A DNA stretch of 64,000 nucleotides from Spirochaetia bacterium (GTDB taxonomy: Bacteria > Spirochaetota > Spirochaetia > SZUA-6 > Bin103), in contig CBDBDQ010000005.1 in NCBI GenBank assembly GCA_965203905.1, positions 6,784,001 to 6,848,000 of the forward strand, written 5' to 3'. Position 1 is the stretch's first letter. Every line of letters begins with the position of its first letter. Below, piece after piece: positions 1 to 8,862 of this stretch. The notes under the pieces were generated by a model that worked only from the letters and a program-made list of their open reading frames with translations, made no database searches and had not been told where the DNA came from. The translations under genes were made by a program, and so were the position numbers.

Positions 1-222
1 GCTGAAAGTGGAGGCCACGGCGATGTCGCGGCGCACCCCCGCGGCCAGGTCGGCCCGGCGCAGCGTGCGCACCAGGTCGGGCCCCATCTTGCCGCTGCCG
101 CCGAGCACTACCACGGGGCCCTCGATGCGAGAGGCGGCCGTCACCAGGCGCTCCGCCGGCTCGCTCATGAACTCCTGCAGCCGCGCGGCGTCGGTCACTG
201 CGGCTGCACTCAGCGCGGACAT
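1..222 (-). CDS. NAD-dependent epimerase/dehydratase family protein, N-terminal part (runs off window start)
   Basis: Manual translation, not in ORF track: MSALSAAAVTDAARLQEFMSEP...GPVVVLGGSGKMGPDLVRTLRRA with Rossmann GxxGxxG; TAGAAT box 7 nt upstream of ATG at 222. Confidence 0.8.
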   Translation of the reverse strand, partial: MSALSAAAVTDAARLQEFMSEPAERLVTAASRIEGPVVVLGGSGKMGPDLVRTLRRADLAAGVRRDIAVASTFS

Positions 223-303
223 CGGCGCCATTCTACGCGACAACCATGAGGCTGTCTGGCTATCATGCGCCCGTCCGCCCCATCCGGCGAAGGAGAGAAT
301 CAC

Positions 304-1077
304 ATGCTTAGCGCGATGCGCACGTTCCGCCAGCAGCTCGACTCCGGCAAGGTTTGCATCGGCTGCGGCATATCCACCACCGACCCTTCGGTGACCGAGT
401 CGCTGGCCGAACTGTTCGACTTCCTGTGGATCGACCTGGAGCACACCGCGCTGACCTTCGAGTCGCTGCAGGCGCACCTGATCGCGGGACGTGCCACCGC
501 GACTCCGGCCCTGGTGCGGGTGCCGAGCGGCGAAGTCGCGTGGATCAAGAAGTGTCTCGACACCGGCGCCGGCGGCGTGATCCTGCCGCGGCTCTACACC
601 GTCGCGGAGGTGCAGGAGTTCGTGGCTGCCTGCCGCTACCCCCCGCGTGGCAGGCGCGGTTTCGGGCCACGGCGAGCGTCGCGCTACGGCCGAGACAGCG
701 GGCCGGAGTACGTCGACCGCGCCGACGCGGACGTGTTTTCGGCGGCCCAGATCGAGACCGCGGAAGCGGTGGCGGCAATCGACGAGATCGTGCGCATTGA
801 CGGCCTGTCGTCGGTGGTGCTGGGGCCGATGGACCTGTCCGGCGCGCTGGGGCACCTGGGAGAGCTGGACCACCCGGTCGTAGAGGACGCGATGAAGCGG
901 GTGCTCGGTACCGCGCGCGATGCCGGCCTCTACGCCGGCTCCGGGCTGGACGCCGATGCGGAGCTGGCGCGGAGCCTGGCCGGCTGGGGAGCGCAGTGGC
1001 TGCAGTGCGGCGGCGACATCGGGATGATGGACATGGGCGCCAGGGCGCTGTTCTCCGCGATGCCGGACCTGCGTTAG
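304..1077 (+). CDS. HpcH/HpaI aldolase/citrate lyase family protein
   Basis: FDFLWIDLEH, LVRVP, CRYPPRGRRGFG, QIETAEAV, GPMDLSG motifs; AGGAGAG SD before ATG 304. Confidence 0.9.
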   Translation: MLSAMRTFRQQLDSGKVCIGCGISTTDPSVTESLAELFDFLWIDLEHTALTFESLQAHLIAGRATATPALVRVPSGEVAWIKKCLDTGAGGVILPRLYTVAEVQEFVAACRYPPRGRRGFGPRRASRYGRDSGPEYVDRADADVFSAAQIETAEAVAAIDEIVRIDGLSSVVLGPMDLSGALGHLGELDHPVVEDAMKRVLGTARDAGLYAGSGLDADAELARSLAGWGAQWLQCGGDIGMMDMGARALFSAMPDLR

Positions 1078-1880
1078 TTGGCCCGCCTGGGCATCGCGGC
1101 CGCAACGCCCTCCATGCCGCCGGAGATGCGCAGGATCTCGCCGGTCACCCAGGACGAGCTCGGATCGCAGACGCCGGCCACGCCGAAGGCGATGTCCTCA
1201 GGCTCGCCCCAGCGGCCCAGCGGGATGGCCTGACGGATCCGCTCGATCATCTCCTCCTCGCTGATCCCCAGTGTCTCGGAGCGTTGTGCCATCACCTTCC
1301 GGTTGAAGTCCGTGTACACGGGACCGGGACAGATGGCGTTGACGCGTACGCCGTACACGGCGAGCTCCAGCGCCAGCGAGCGGGTCAGACTGATCACACC
1401 CGCCTTTGCCACGTTGTAGGCGGCGACTGACGTGGACGGATTCTGGCCGTTGATCGACGCCAGGTTGACGATGCAACCGGACTCCTGCCGTTCCATGATC
1501 CGCGCCGCCGCGCGGCAACACTTGAACGTGCCGTCCAGGTTCACCTTCAGCACCTGCTCCCACTCCTCGTCGCTGAGTTCGACGATCGGGGCCACGTTCT
1601 GGCCCAGCCCGGCGCTGTTCACGAGGATGTCCAGCCGCCCGCGCGTCTCGGCGACTTCTGCGAACAGCGCGTCCACCTCGGCGGTCGACGTCACGTCCAG
1701 CGGGGCGGCTGCGGCGGTCCGACCCTCGGCGGCGAGGGCGGCGGCGACCGCCTCGGCCTTCTCACGCTGCAGGTCCGCGATGATCACCGCGGCGCCTCTG
1801 GCCGCCAGAGTCTCAGCGATGGCCCGTCCGAGTCCCTGGGCCGCCCCGGTGACCACGGCCACCTGACCTGAAAGAGGCAT
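1074..1880 (-). CDS. Short-chain dehydrogenase/reductase (SDR)
   Basis: TGAAQGLG, NSAG, YNVAK (YxxxK), NAICPG motifs. Confidence 0.92.
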   Translation of the reverse strand: MPLSGQVAVVTGAAQGLGRAIAETLAARGAAVIIADLQREKAEAVAAALAAEGRTAAAAPLDVTSTAEVDALFAEVAETRGRLDILVNSAGLGQNVAPIVELSDEEWEQVLKVNLDGTFKCCRAAARIMERQESGCIVNLASINGQNPSTSVAAYNVAKAGVISLTRSLALELAVYGVRVNAICPGPVYTDFNRKVMAQRSETLGISEEEMIERIRQAIPLGRWGEPEDIAFGVAGVCDPSSSWVTGEILRISGGMEGVAAAMPRRAN

Positions 1881-2230
1881 GATGAGTTCAGCTTTCAACT
1901 TTCGACCGATCTGCGCAACTGGTGGGCGCTCACGCAGGACAATCCCATGCTGAACGACGCCTGCCTGACCGCTACCACACTGCGCGAATGCACCCCGACG
2001 TCTGAATCCCGTGTGGGCGAGCGGCGATGATGGCCCCGGCGCCTGTCAGATCGCCGCCTTCAGGGTGCGTGGGTTCGTTAGCTGTACGAGGTGTCCAGGA
2101 ATGAGCGTCTTCGCCGCCGACCCGCAACGCCGGTCTCCGCCGCTGCGGTGCTGTCACGTTGGGTCGACCTCTCGCTGTAGCCAGCCTTGATGGCGTCACC
2201 AGCTGGTTGGGTCGGCCACGGTGCAGGATT

Positions 2231-2292
2231 GCGCGAAAAAAGTGCAAAAAATTGAGCTGAGCACTTGACGGGTTTGGCGCTGCTCGTAACGG
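2231..2292 (+). promoter_or_regulatory. Candidate strong promoter: phased A-tracts (UP-like) followed by TTGACG -35
   Basis: GCGAAAAAAGTGCAAAAAATTG...CACTTGACG, an AT-rich island in GC-rich DNA; -10 weak (TAACGG at 2287-2292). Confidence 0.35.
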
Positions 2293-2448
2293 CCCCCTGC
2301 CGCACGTTCCGGCCCCTCCGCCCCTTCGAACATCCCGCCACGTCCTCCAGGCCCGTCAGCACCCCATAAGCGCCGGCCTGAGCCCTTCCAGGTGCGGTCC
2401 GGGACTTGCCGCAACCTGCCATTTCTCAGCCATGTTTATATTTACCCC

Positions 2449-4047
2449 ATGGCTACCGCGATCGCCACCGGCTTCTCCTCCTCGCTCTCCGGGCTCCCCG
2501 ACCAGGTGCTGCTGGCGCATACCAGGTCCCTCGTCCTGCACGAGCAGGCGCTGCAGCTCGCCGTCCTCGACCACCTGCGCGAGATCCACGCCCGCCACCT
2601 GCACCTGCGCCTCGGGTTCTCCAGCCTGTTCGACTACGCGGTACGCGAACTGGGCTACAGCGAAGGTGCCGCCTGGCGCCGCATAAAGGCGATGCGCCTG
2701 TGCTCCGAGACCGCCGGGACACGCGAGCGGCTGCAGGACGGCTCGCTCTCCCTGAGCGCGGCGGCGCAGTTGCAGAACACCTTCGATCTCCTGCAGCGCA
2801 CGGCGACCGCCGCCGCGGACCCCGGCTCGCCACCCGCGGCACCGGAGCTGCTGCCGCGCGGCACCGGGACGGCGCCGGAGGCGGGGGCTTCCGGGGCCGG
2901 GGCAGCGGCGCCAGCGCGACCGGTGCCGGCGCTGGACGCGGCGCAGCGGCAGGAGCTGGTGGCGCAGGCGAGCGGCAAGAGCACCCGCGAGGTGAAGCAG
3001 TTGTTGGCCGGGGTGGCTCCCGAGCTGGCGCGGCCGGCGGATCGCATGCGCGCGCTGGGCGAAGGCCGCTGGGAGCTGAAGGTGGTGATCGACGCTGCCT
3101 GTCAGTGCGGGATCGAGCAGCTACGGGCACTGCTGTCGCACGTGGACCCGCACCTGACGCTGGGGCAGCTGGTGGAGCGGCTGGTGCAGGACGGCCTGCA
3201 CCGCTACGACCCGGGGCGGCCGCCGCGCGGGCGCAGAGCTGGGCGCCGCGAGGCAAGCGCGGGCCAGGCGCCGGAGCCGAAGGCGCAGCAAGGGCCGGCA
3301 GGCGGGGCGACTTCGCCAGCGAAGCGGGGCGCGCAAGAGCAGCCCGGAGTGCCGGCGCCGGAGGGCACTATCACCGGTGGCAGCACCCCGGCGCCGGCAG
3401 CGCTGTCCGCAGAGGAACCCACGCGCGGGAATGGCGGCACCGGCATCTCGGCGGTGGCGGCGCTGTCCGCGCCGCCGTCGGGGCGCGAGACTTGCGGCAG
3501 CAGCACCCCGGTGAGTGCCAAGCCGGCGGTGGCGGCGCCCGGCACCACTCCTTCGGCGGCGAAGTTGGTGGCTGGTTGTGGGTCCCGCGCCTCCGTACCG
3601 ACGCCACGGCCGACACCACCGGCAGTCCAGAGCATGCCAACCGCGCGGGCAGCGGCGGATCGCGGTCGCATCGCTCCTTCGCCAGCGAAGCGGGCCGGGG
3701 CGGCGAAGCGGGCAGGAGCGGTGCAGGTCGATGGCCATTCGCGGCCGCAGCCAGAGGCAGCCGGCCCGTCCCGAGGCAGCGCGCAGCCGCGCCAGCGGGC
3801 GCGTCGATCCCGGTATATTCCGGCACCAGTGCGGCGCGAGGTGTGGCGCCGCGACGGCGGCTGCTGCAGTTACGTCGATCCGCACAGCGGGCGGCGCTGC
3901 GGCTCCCGCTTCCTGCTGGAGCTCGACCACATCGTTCCCTTCGCGCTCGGCGGCAGCGCTGAGCCCGGGAACTTGCGCCTTCGCTGTCGAGCCCACCACC
4001 GCTTCCGGCATCGGGAGGACGCGCCGTCGCCAGACGGGGCCACGTGA
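2449..4047 (+). CDS. HNH endonuclease with DUF222-like N-terminal domain and long low-complexity Pro/Ala linker
   Basis: N-term LDHLREIHARHLHLRLGFSSLFDYAVRELGYSEGAAWRRIKA; C-term RYIPAPVRREVWRRDGGCCSY...RCGSRFLLELDHIVPFALGG...NLRLRCRAHH; TATATT 6 nt before ATG 2449. Confidence 0.88.
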   Translation: MATAIATGFSSSLSGLPDQVLLAHTRSLVLHEQALQLAVLDHLREIHARHLHLRLGFSSLFDYAVRELGYSEGAAWRRIKAMRLCSETAGTRERLQDGSLSLSAAAQLQNTFDLLQRTATAAADPGSPPAAPELLPRGTGTAPEAGASGAGAAAPARPVPALDAAQRQELVAQASGKSTREVKQLLAGVAPELARPADRMRALGEGRWELKVVIDAACQCGIEQLRALLSHVDPHLTLGQLVERLVQDGLHRYDPGRPPRGRRAGRREASAGQAPEPKAQQGPAGGATSPAKRGAQEQPGVPAPEGTITGGSTPAPAALSAEEPTRGNGGTGISAVAALSAPPSGRETCGSSTPVSAKPAVAAPGTTPSAAKLVAGCGSRASVPTPRPTPPAVQSMPTARAAADRGRIAPSPAKRAGAAKRAGAVQVDGHSRPQPEAAGPSRGSAQPRQRARRSRYIPAPVRREVWRRDGGCCSYVDPHSGRRCGSRFLLELDHIVPFALGGSAEPGNLRLRCRAHHRFRHREDAPSPDGAT

Positions 4048-4184
4048 TCGGCGCCCGGCGGGGTGCGAGGTGGGCGGTCGGGTGGCGGTCCGAGGGGATT
4101 TGCAGCCCGCTTGTCGCGCAGCGTGGGATCGCCCTGCCTCGCGCGCTGGTCGCGGCAACTCCGACGTGGTAGGGTCCGGCCTGG

Positions 4185-5051
4185 ATGGGTAACGACATCG
4201 AACTCGCCTGTACGTCAGTGATGCTCCCCGACTGGGAGCTGGAGGAGACCTTCGAGCGGGTCGCCGGCCATGGCCTCGCCGCCCTGGAGTTGCGTGTCCG
4301 CGATAACCCGCCCGGCAACCCGGCGCCCAGCTACTGGGGCCGCCACCTCGCCGACGTGAGCCCCGCCAACCTCCGCCACAAGGTACCGGCCATCCGCGCC
4401 GCGGCGGCGCGTACCGGCGTGCGGGTATGCGCCCTGGCGCCGCGCCTCTGGGTCGACAACCAGGAGGTGGTGGACGCGGTGCTGGACGGTGCGAACGCCA
4501 TCGACCCGGAAGCGCCGCCGATGGTGCGCCTGAGCCCACCCGGTTACGACCGCACCCGCCCCTACGCGGAGCAGTTCGCCGCGGTACGAGAAGGCATCGA
4601 GCAGCTCCTGCCGCAGGCCCGGGCGCGCGGCGTCAAGCTACTCTACGAGATCCACGTCGGCACGGTGGCAATGAGCGCGGCCCGCGCCCACGCCCTGCTG
4701 GACGGCCTCGACAGCGCGCATGTCGGCGCCATCTTCGATCTTCCCAACATGTCGCGCGTCGCCCTGGAGGACACCCGACAGGGCATGGAGTTGCTCGGTC
4801 CCCACCTCGCCTACTGCCACATCGGCGGCTCGCGTCCGGTCGCCGGCGACAGCGGCGCCCACGGCCAGCGCCAGTGGAGCTGGGAGTTCTGTCCCCTCGA
4901 AGAGGGAATCGCCAACATCCCACAGGTGATCGCCGACCTGCGCGCCGTGGGCTACTCCGGCTACCTCTCCATCGAGGACTTCAGCACGCTCGACGCCGAC
5001 ACCCGGCTGGGCCAGGGCAGCGCCTACCTGCGCCGCCTGCTCTCCAGTTAG
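4185..5051 (+). CDS. Sugar phosphate isomerase/epimerase (xylose isomerase-like TIM barrel)
   Basis: LELR, LLYEIH, IFDLPN, YCHI, GYSGYLSIED metal-ligand motifs. Confidence 0.85.
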   Translation: MGNDIELACTSVMLPDWELEETFERVAGHGLAALELRVRDNPPGNPAPSYWGRHLADVSPANLRHKVPAIRAAAARTGVRVCALAPRLWVDNQEVVDAVLDGANAIDPEAPPMVRLSPPGYDRTRPYAEQFAAVREGIEQLLPQARARGVKLLYEIHVGTVAMSAARAHALLDGLDSAHVGAIFDLPNMSRVALEDTRQGMELLGPHLAYCHIGGSRPVAGDSGAHGQRQWSWEFCPLEEGIANIPQVIADLRAVGYSGYLSIEDFSTLDADTRLGQGSAYLRRLLSS

Positions 5052-5833
5052 CTCGATGCGCTCGCGTAGCGGCGGAGTCCGGCTCGGAACACCAGGCTCG
5101 TGGCGCCGAGGCCGCCGACCGCGAGTACGCTCACGGCGGACAGCATCGGCAGCGAGAACTCGCCCAGCAGGACCTGAGCCGGCACCGTCGTGAGCACTCC
5201 CACCGGCACGATCCACGTCATCAGCAGCTTGAGCCATCCGGGATAGAGGGCAGTTGGGAAGCGCGCCAACTGCACGACCGGTCGCAGCAGCCACGAGAAC
5301 ATGAAGTCGGCCTTCCAGAACATCAAGCTGGCCAGCGACAGAGTCAGGGAATAGAGGATCGATACGCTCACGGCAACGGCGTAGATGAAGCTGGCGATCT
5401 GCCACGCGGACAGTTCGCTCCCCAACCACGCCAGCGCACGCGCCACGACGACGGCACCGAAGACTACTTCCGCCGCCACCAGGGGCGCCCAGCGTGCAAC
5501 GCTCACCAGCAACTGGGTGCCGCGCGGGCGCAGCAGGTGAAAATCGAGAACGCCACTCACAATGTCACCGTCGTATCCCGACAGCGCGTCGATGCTGGGA
5601 CCGAACACGACGTTGTGCAGCCCGGTGACGATGAAGAACATGCCGAGCACCACGCCCGCGCTCGCTTCCGACCATCCGTTGATCGTATCCACGTTGCCGA
5701 AGATCACGGTCAGGCTGAGCACGCCGGTCGCGAAGCGAACGCCGGCGCCAAGCAGTTCGATCCAGAACTGGGCGCGGTACGCGACCATCGACCGCACGGA
5801 ACGCCCCGCGAGGCATGAGAGCAGGCGCAACAC
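5048..5833 (-). CDS. ABC-2 family exporter permease (DUF990-like)
   Basis: Hydrophobic; AYRAQF, INGWS, GVLDFHLLRP, ARFPTALYPGWLK, GLRRYASASS; GTG start chosen just after the upstream stop. Confidence 0.85.
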   Translation of the reverse strand: MLRLLSCLAGRSVRSMVAYRAQFWIELLGAGVRFATGVLSLTVIFGNVDTINGWSEASAGVVLGMFFIVTGLHNVVFGPSIDALSGYDGDIVSGVLDFHLLRPRGTQLLVSVARWAPLVAAEVVFGAVVVARALAWLGSELSAWQIASFIYAVAVSVSILYSLTLSLASLMFWKADFMFSWLLRPVVQLARFPTALYPGWLKLLMTWIVPVGVLTTVPAQVLLGEFSLPMLSAVSVLAVGGLGATSLVFRAGLRRYASASS

Positions 5834-5838
5834 GGTGG

Positions 5839-6624
5839 TCAGCCTCCGACCGCGGCATGGTGCCGCACGCCCAGGCGCCAGAGCGAATACGCCAGCCCGG
5901 CGGACGCCGTCAGCCACGCGAGCTGCAGGATCATCCCCCGCGCCAGCGCGTCACCCTGCACGCTGCCCAGCAGGATCTCAATCGGAAACCCCAACATGTA
6001 GCGGAACGGCAGCCACTCCGCGACGGTCCGCAACCCGCCGGGCAGGAGACCCGTGGGAGCGATCTGACCTGCGAGCACGAACACGAACGCGTCCTGCATC
6101 AGCACCAGCGCATCGGACCTGGTGCTCCAATACGCCGTCAGCGCCAGCGAGAAGCCCCACAGGAACCGCAGGGCCCAGGCGGCCAGCAGTGCGACCGCGA
6201 ACAGGAACGGATCTCCCGGCAGCCCGACAGCGGCCGGCGCAAGAAGGAGCAGCAACGAGGCGGCAACGGGAATCGCGAATGACAGGAACACGACCTTGCC
6301 GGCGACCTCTGCGGCGACAGTATCGACGATCGGCGCGATCGGCCGCAGCAGCAGCGTGTTCATGGTGCCGTCTCGTATCAGGTCACCGACGGTCCAGTTG
6401 GTCTGCGCGAAGGTGAGTTGATTGACCACGATCAGCAGCAGGTAGTAGGCGACGAAATCAGCCCGCGTATAGCCGCCGATTGCACCCAGGCCGGCAGCGT
6501 TCGACCAGACGAAGAGGAATATCAGCGGCTGGGTCATCCATCCGAATGCAAGGAGGAAGAAGAACCCCTTGTACTGAAACCAGGCAGCCCAGGTGTGGGC
6601 GACAAGTGCCAGCGCCGTCCTCAC
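5839..6624 (-). CDS. ABC-2 family exporter permease (DUF990-like)
   Basis: Hydrophobic; IRDGTMNTLLLRP, GQIAPTGLLP, LPFRYMLGFP, GVRHHAAVGG. Confidence 0.87.
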   Translation of the reverse strand: MRTALALVAHTWAAWFQYKGFFFLLAFGWMTQPLIFLFVWSNAAGLGAIGGYTRADFVAYYLLLIVVNQLTFAQTNWTVGDLIRDGTMNTLLLRPIAPIVDTVAAEVAGKVVFLSFAIPVAASLLLLLAPAAVGLPGDPFLFAVALLAAWALRFLWGFSLALTAYWSTRSDALVLMQDAFVFVLAGQIAPTGLLPGGLRTVAEWLPFRYMLGFPIEILLGSVQGDALARGMILQLAWLTASAGLAYSLWRLGVRHHAAVGG

Positions 6625-7610
6625 GGGCGCCCACCCCGGCCGTACACGCGGTCGAGCACGTCCTCGATCGGCGGGTCTTCGACCTTCAGGTCGATCGGGC
6701 GCAGTCGCTCGATGAGCGTGCCCGTAACCCGAGCCACTGAATCGCGTTCGACGCGCAGGGTCAGCTCCTGTTCACTCGAGCGCAGCACCCGCGTCGATGG
6801 CAGCTTCGGCCACGCCCGCTGCGGCGTCCGCGTGGCAACGGTCAGCAGCTTGAACGGTGCGACCCGCTCGCTCAGCTCGTCGAGCGTGCCGTCGAATACC
6901 AGGCTGCCTTCATTGACGAGCACCACCCGCCGGCACAGCTCCTGCACATCGGCCATGTAGTGGCTGGTGAGCACCACGGTGACCCCATCCGTGTTCCGTT
7001 TTCTGATGAACTCACGCAGTCTGCGCTGCATGGAGACGTCGAGACCCAGCGTCGGCTCGTCCAGGAACACCAGACGAGGGCGGTGCAGGAACGCGGCGAT
7101 CAGCTCGCACTTCATGCGCTCCCCCAGAGACAGCGTCCGCACGGGTTTCGCGAGCAGCGCCCCCGCGTCGAGCAGGTCGATGAGCTCGGCGCTCGTCCTC
7201 CGAAACACCTCGCCCGGCACCCGGTAGATCTCCCGCAGCACGTCGAACGAGTCGCGCGCCGGGATGTCCCACGTCAACTGGCTCTTGTTGCCCAGCACCA
7301 TCGCGACCTGCCGCAGGTACTCCCTGCGGCGAAGCCAAGGCGTGTGCCCCAGCACCGACACCTCACCGGCGGTGGGGAACAGCAGACCGGCAAGGATCTT
7401 GAGCGTCGTGGTCTTGCCCGCCCCGTTGGGGCCGAGCAAACCAAGCATCTCGCCCTCGCCGACGGTGAAGGACAACCCCCGAACCGCCTCGATCACCGCG
7501 TAGGATCGTCGAATCAGACTGCCGAGAGCCGCAGCCAGACCGGAACCGCGTACCGGCACGCGGAAGCGCTTGGTCAGCGCTCGGACATCGATAGCATGCA
7601 CCCTCTCCAT
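6621..7610 (-). CDS. ABC exporter ATP-binding protein
   Basis: Walker A GPNGAGKTT, signature LSLGERMK, Walker B VFLDEPT, H-loop TSH. Confidence 0.95.
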   Translation of the reverse strand: MERVHAIDVRALTKRFRVPVRGSGLAAALGSLIRRSYAVIEAVRGLSFTVGEGEMLGLLGPNGAGKTTTLKILAGLLFPTAGEVSVLGHTPWLRRREYLRQVAMVLGNKSQLTWDIPARDSFDVLREIYRVPGEVFRRTSAELIDLLDAGALLAKPVRTLSLGERMKCELIAAFLHRPRLVFLDEPTLGLDVSMQRRLREFIRKRNTDGVTVVLTSHYMADVQELCRRVVLVNEGSLVFDGTLDELSERVAPFKLLTVATRTPQRAWPKLPSTRVLRSSEQELTLRVERDSVARVTGTLIERLRPIDLKVEDPPIEDVLDRVYGRGGRP

Positions 7611-7655
7611 CTCGCCGCTCAGTGTCGACGTTGGGGGGCCAGTGGAGGGTTGCTG

Positions 7656-8408
7656 CTATAGGCTGGTCATCAACTCCTTGATCGCGCGCAACAGATGCTC
7701 GGCCCGCTCCCCGGCCTCCCGGAGCGAACTGAGCCACCGGTCGGTCGCCGAGTAGACGGTCTCGTCCCCGCGCGGCGCATCGATCACCCGGGAAGGGAGC
7801 TCTCGGCCGCCGCGGTCCAGGTGGGTCATCATTCTCAGGATCGACATGGCGCTGTAGCCGGCCCGCAGCAGCGTGCGGATCACCCTGAGCCGGTCGATGT
7901 CAGCATTCGTGTACCTGCGATAGCCGTTGGCCTGATCCCGGCGCACCGCGATCAGGCCGTTGCGCTCCCAGTCGCGCAGCGCTGCAGTGCTCGCGCCCAC
8001 GTGCTCAGCAGCTTCCGAGATAACCATGCCCGACTCAGCCAGGCCGCTCGCTGGCAGGGAGGCCCAGTGGTCCAGCGCTTCGGCCGCGCGGCGGGCCCTC
8101 GTTTCCTCCGCCGCGACAAGCGCCTTGAAACGAAGGGCGAACCCCAGGGCGGTTTCGAGGTCCTCCAACGCGGCATGACGCGCCGCTTGTGCGGCGAGAG
8201 TCTTCGGCACGACGTAGGGACCGCCCACCGCCAGGCGAGCCACCCTCATCTGAGCCAGATCACGTTCCGAGAACGAACGATAGCCGCCGTCCGTGCGCGC
8301 GATCGGGGCCAGCAAACCGAGCCGCTCGTATAGGCGGACCGTATTGGGATGCACCCCTGCCGCCGAAGCGATCTGGGACGTCGTGTACCTGCGCTCGGAG
8401 CACGTCAC
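7656..8408 (-). CDS. MerR-family transcriptional regulator with two MerR HTH domains
   Basis: GVHPNTVRLYERLGLL...GYRSFS and GASTAALRDWERNGLI...NGYRRYT. Confidence 0.9.
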   Translation of the reverse strand: MTCSERRYTTSQIASAAGVHPNTVRLYERLGLLAPIARTDGGYRSFSERDLAQMRVARLAVGGPYVVPKTLAAQAARHAALEDLETALGFALRFKALVAAEETRARRAAEALDHWASLPASGLAESGMVISEAAEHVGASTAALRDWERNGLIAVRRDQANGYRRYTNADIDRLRVIRTLLRAGYSAMSILRMMTHLDRGGRELPSRVIDAPRGDETVYSATDRWLSSLREAGERAEHLLRAIKELMTSL

Positions 8409-8524
8409 ACCGAGCAGGCCGCATAGAATGGGTTCACAACGACGATGCCGTGATAGCGCTGATCGGGGTTGAGATCCTCAGCGAGCAGCTTCCGGCAGCC
8501 TGAACGTTCCGTAGCGGCGCTCAT
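8405..8524 (-). pseudogene. Internally deleted PIN/VapC toxin remnant (39 aa)
   Basis: MSAATERSGCRKLLAEDLNPDQRYHGIVVVNPF matches the C-terminal SED(L)...NPF motif of VapC PIN toxins; the N-terminal DTN catalytic part is absent. Confidence 0.75.
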
Positions 8525-8744
8525 GCAGCTCCTGTCGTGTCCATCGATGAGGTCCCATCGGACGGCTGAGCCGTGCGAACGAGTCGTCCAGCGCACGGAC
8601 TGCCTGCTCCCGCGCTGCCGCGTCCCGCGCCGCAACCGATTCGAGGTACTCGCGCACCAGCGCGGTGAGCGTGGTATTCCTGTTGACGGCTATCTTGCGT
8701 ACCTGACGGACGACGTCATCGGAAACGCTCAACGTAATGTTCAA
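8478..8744 (-). CDS. RHH/DUF6364-like antitoxin
   Basis: MNITLSVSDDVVRQVRKIAVNRNTTLTALVREYLE...RWTRQELHER; AGGAGG SD upstream. Confidence 0.8.
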   Translation of the reverse strand: MNITLSVSDDVVRQVRKIAVNRNTTLTALVREYLESVAARDAAAREQAVRALDDSFARLSRPMGPHRWTRQELHERRYGTFRLPEAAR

Positions 8745-8809
8745 CTCCGCCCGCCTCCTGCGCAGATCGTACCATCATAGGGCTGAGCCGCAATACGGCT
8801 CCCGTCCGG

Positions 8810-8838
8810 AAACAAGAACGCCCCGCCGAAGCGGGGCG
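8810..8838 (-). terminator. Rho-independent terminator after SBP gene
   Basis: Minus strand CGCCCCGC-TTCG-GCGGGGCG followed by TTCTTGTTT. Confidence 0.8.
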
Positions 8839-8862
8839 CCAGAAACGAAAGCTGTTCGCTGG

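Noticed and set aside
3311-3690. Possible CRISPR array from the repeated palindromes
   Set aside because: Only 14-bp units, irregular spacing (240 and 126 nt), inside a CDS, and no cas genes in the window; kept as a separate non-CRISPR finding
2406-3962. 518-aa overlapping +1-frame ORF within the HNH gene
   Set aside because: Arg/Gly/Ala-rich with no motifs; explained by stop-codon scarcity at very high GC
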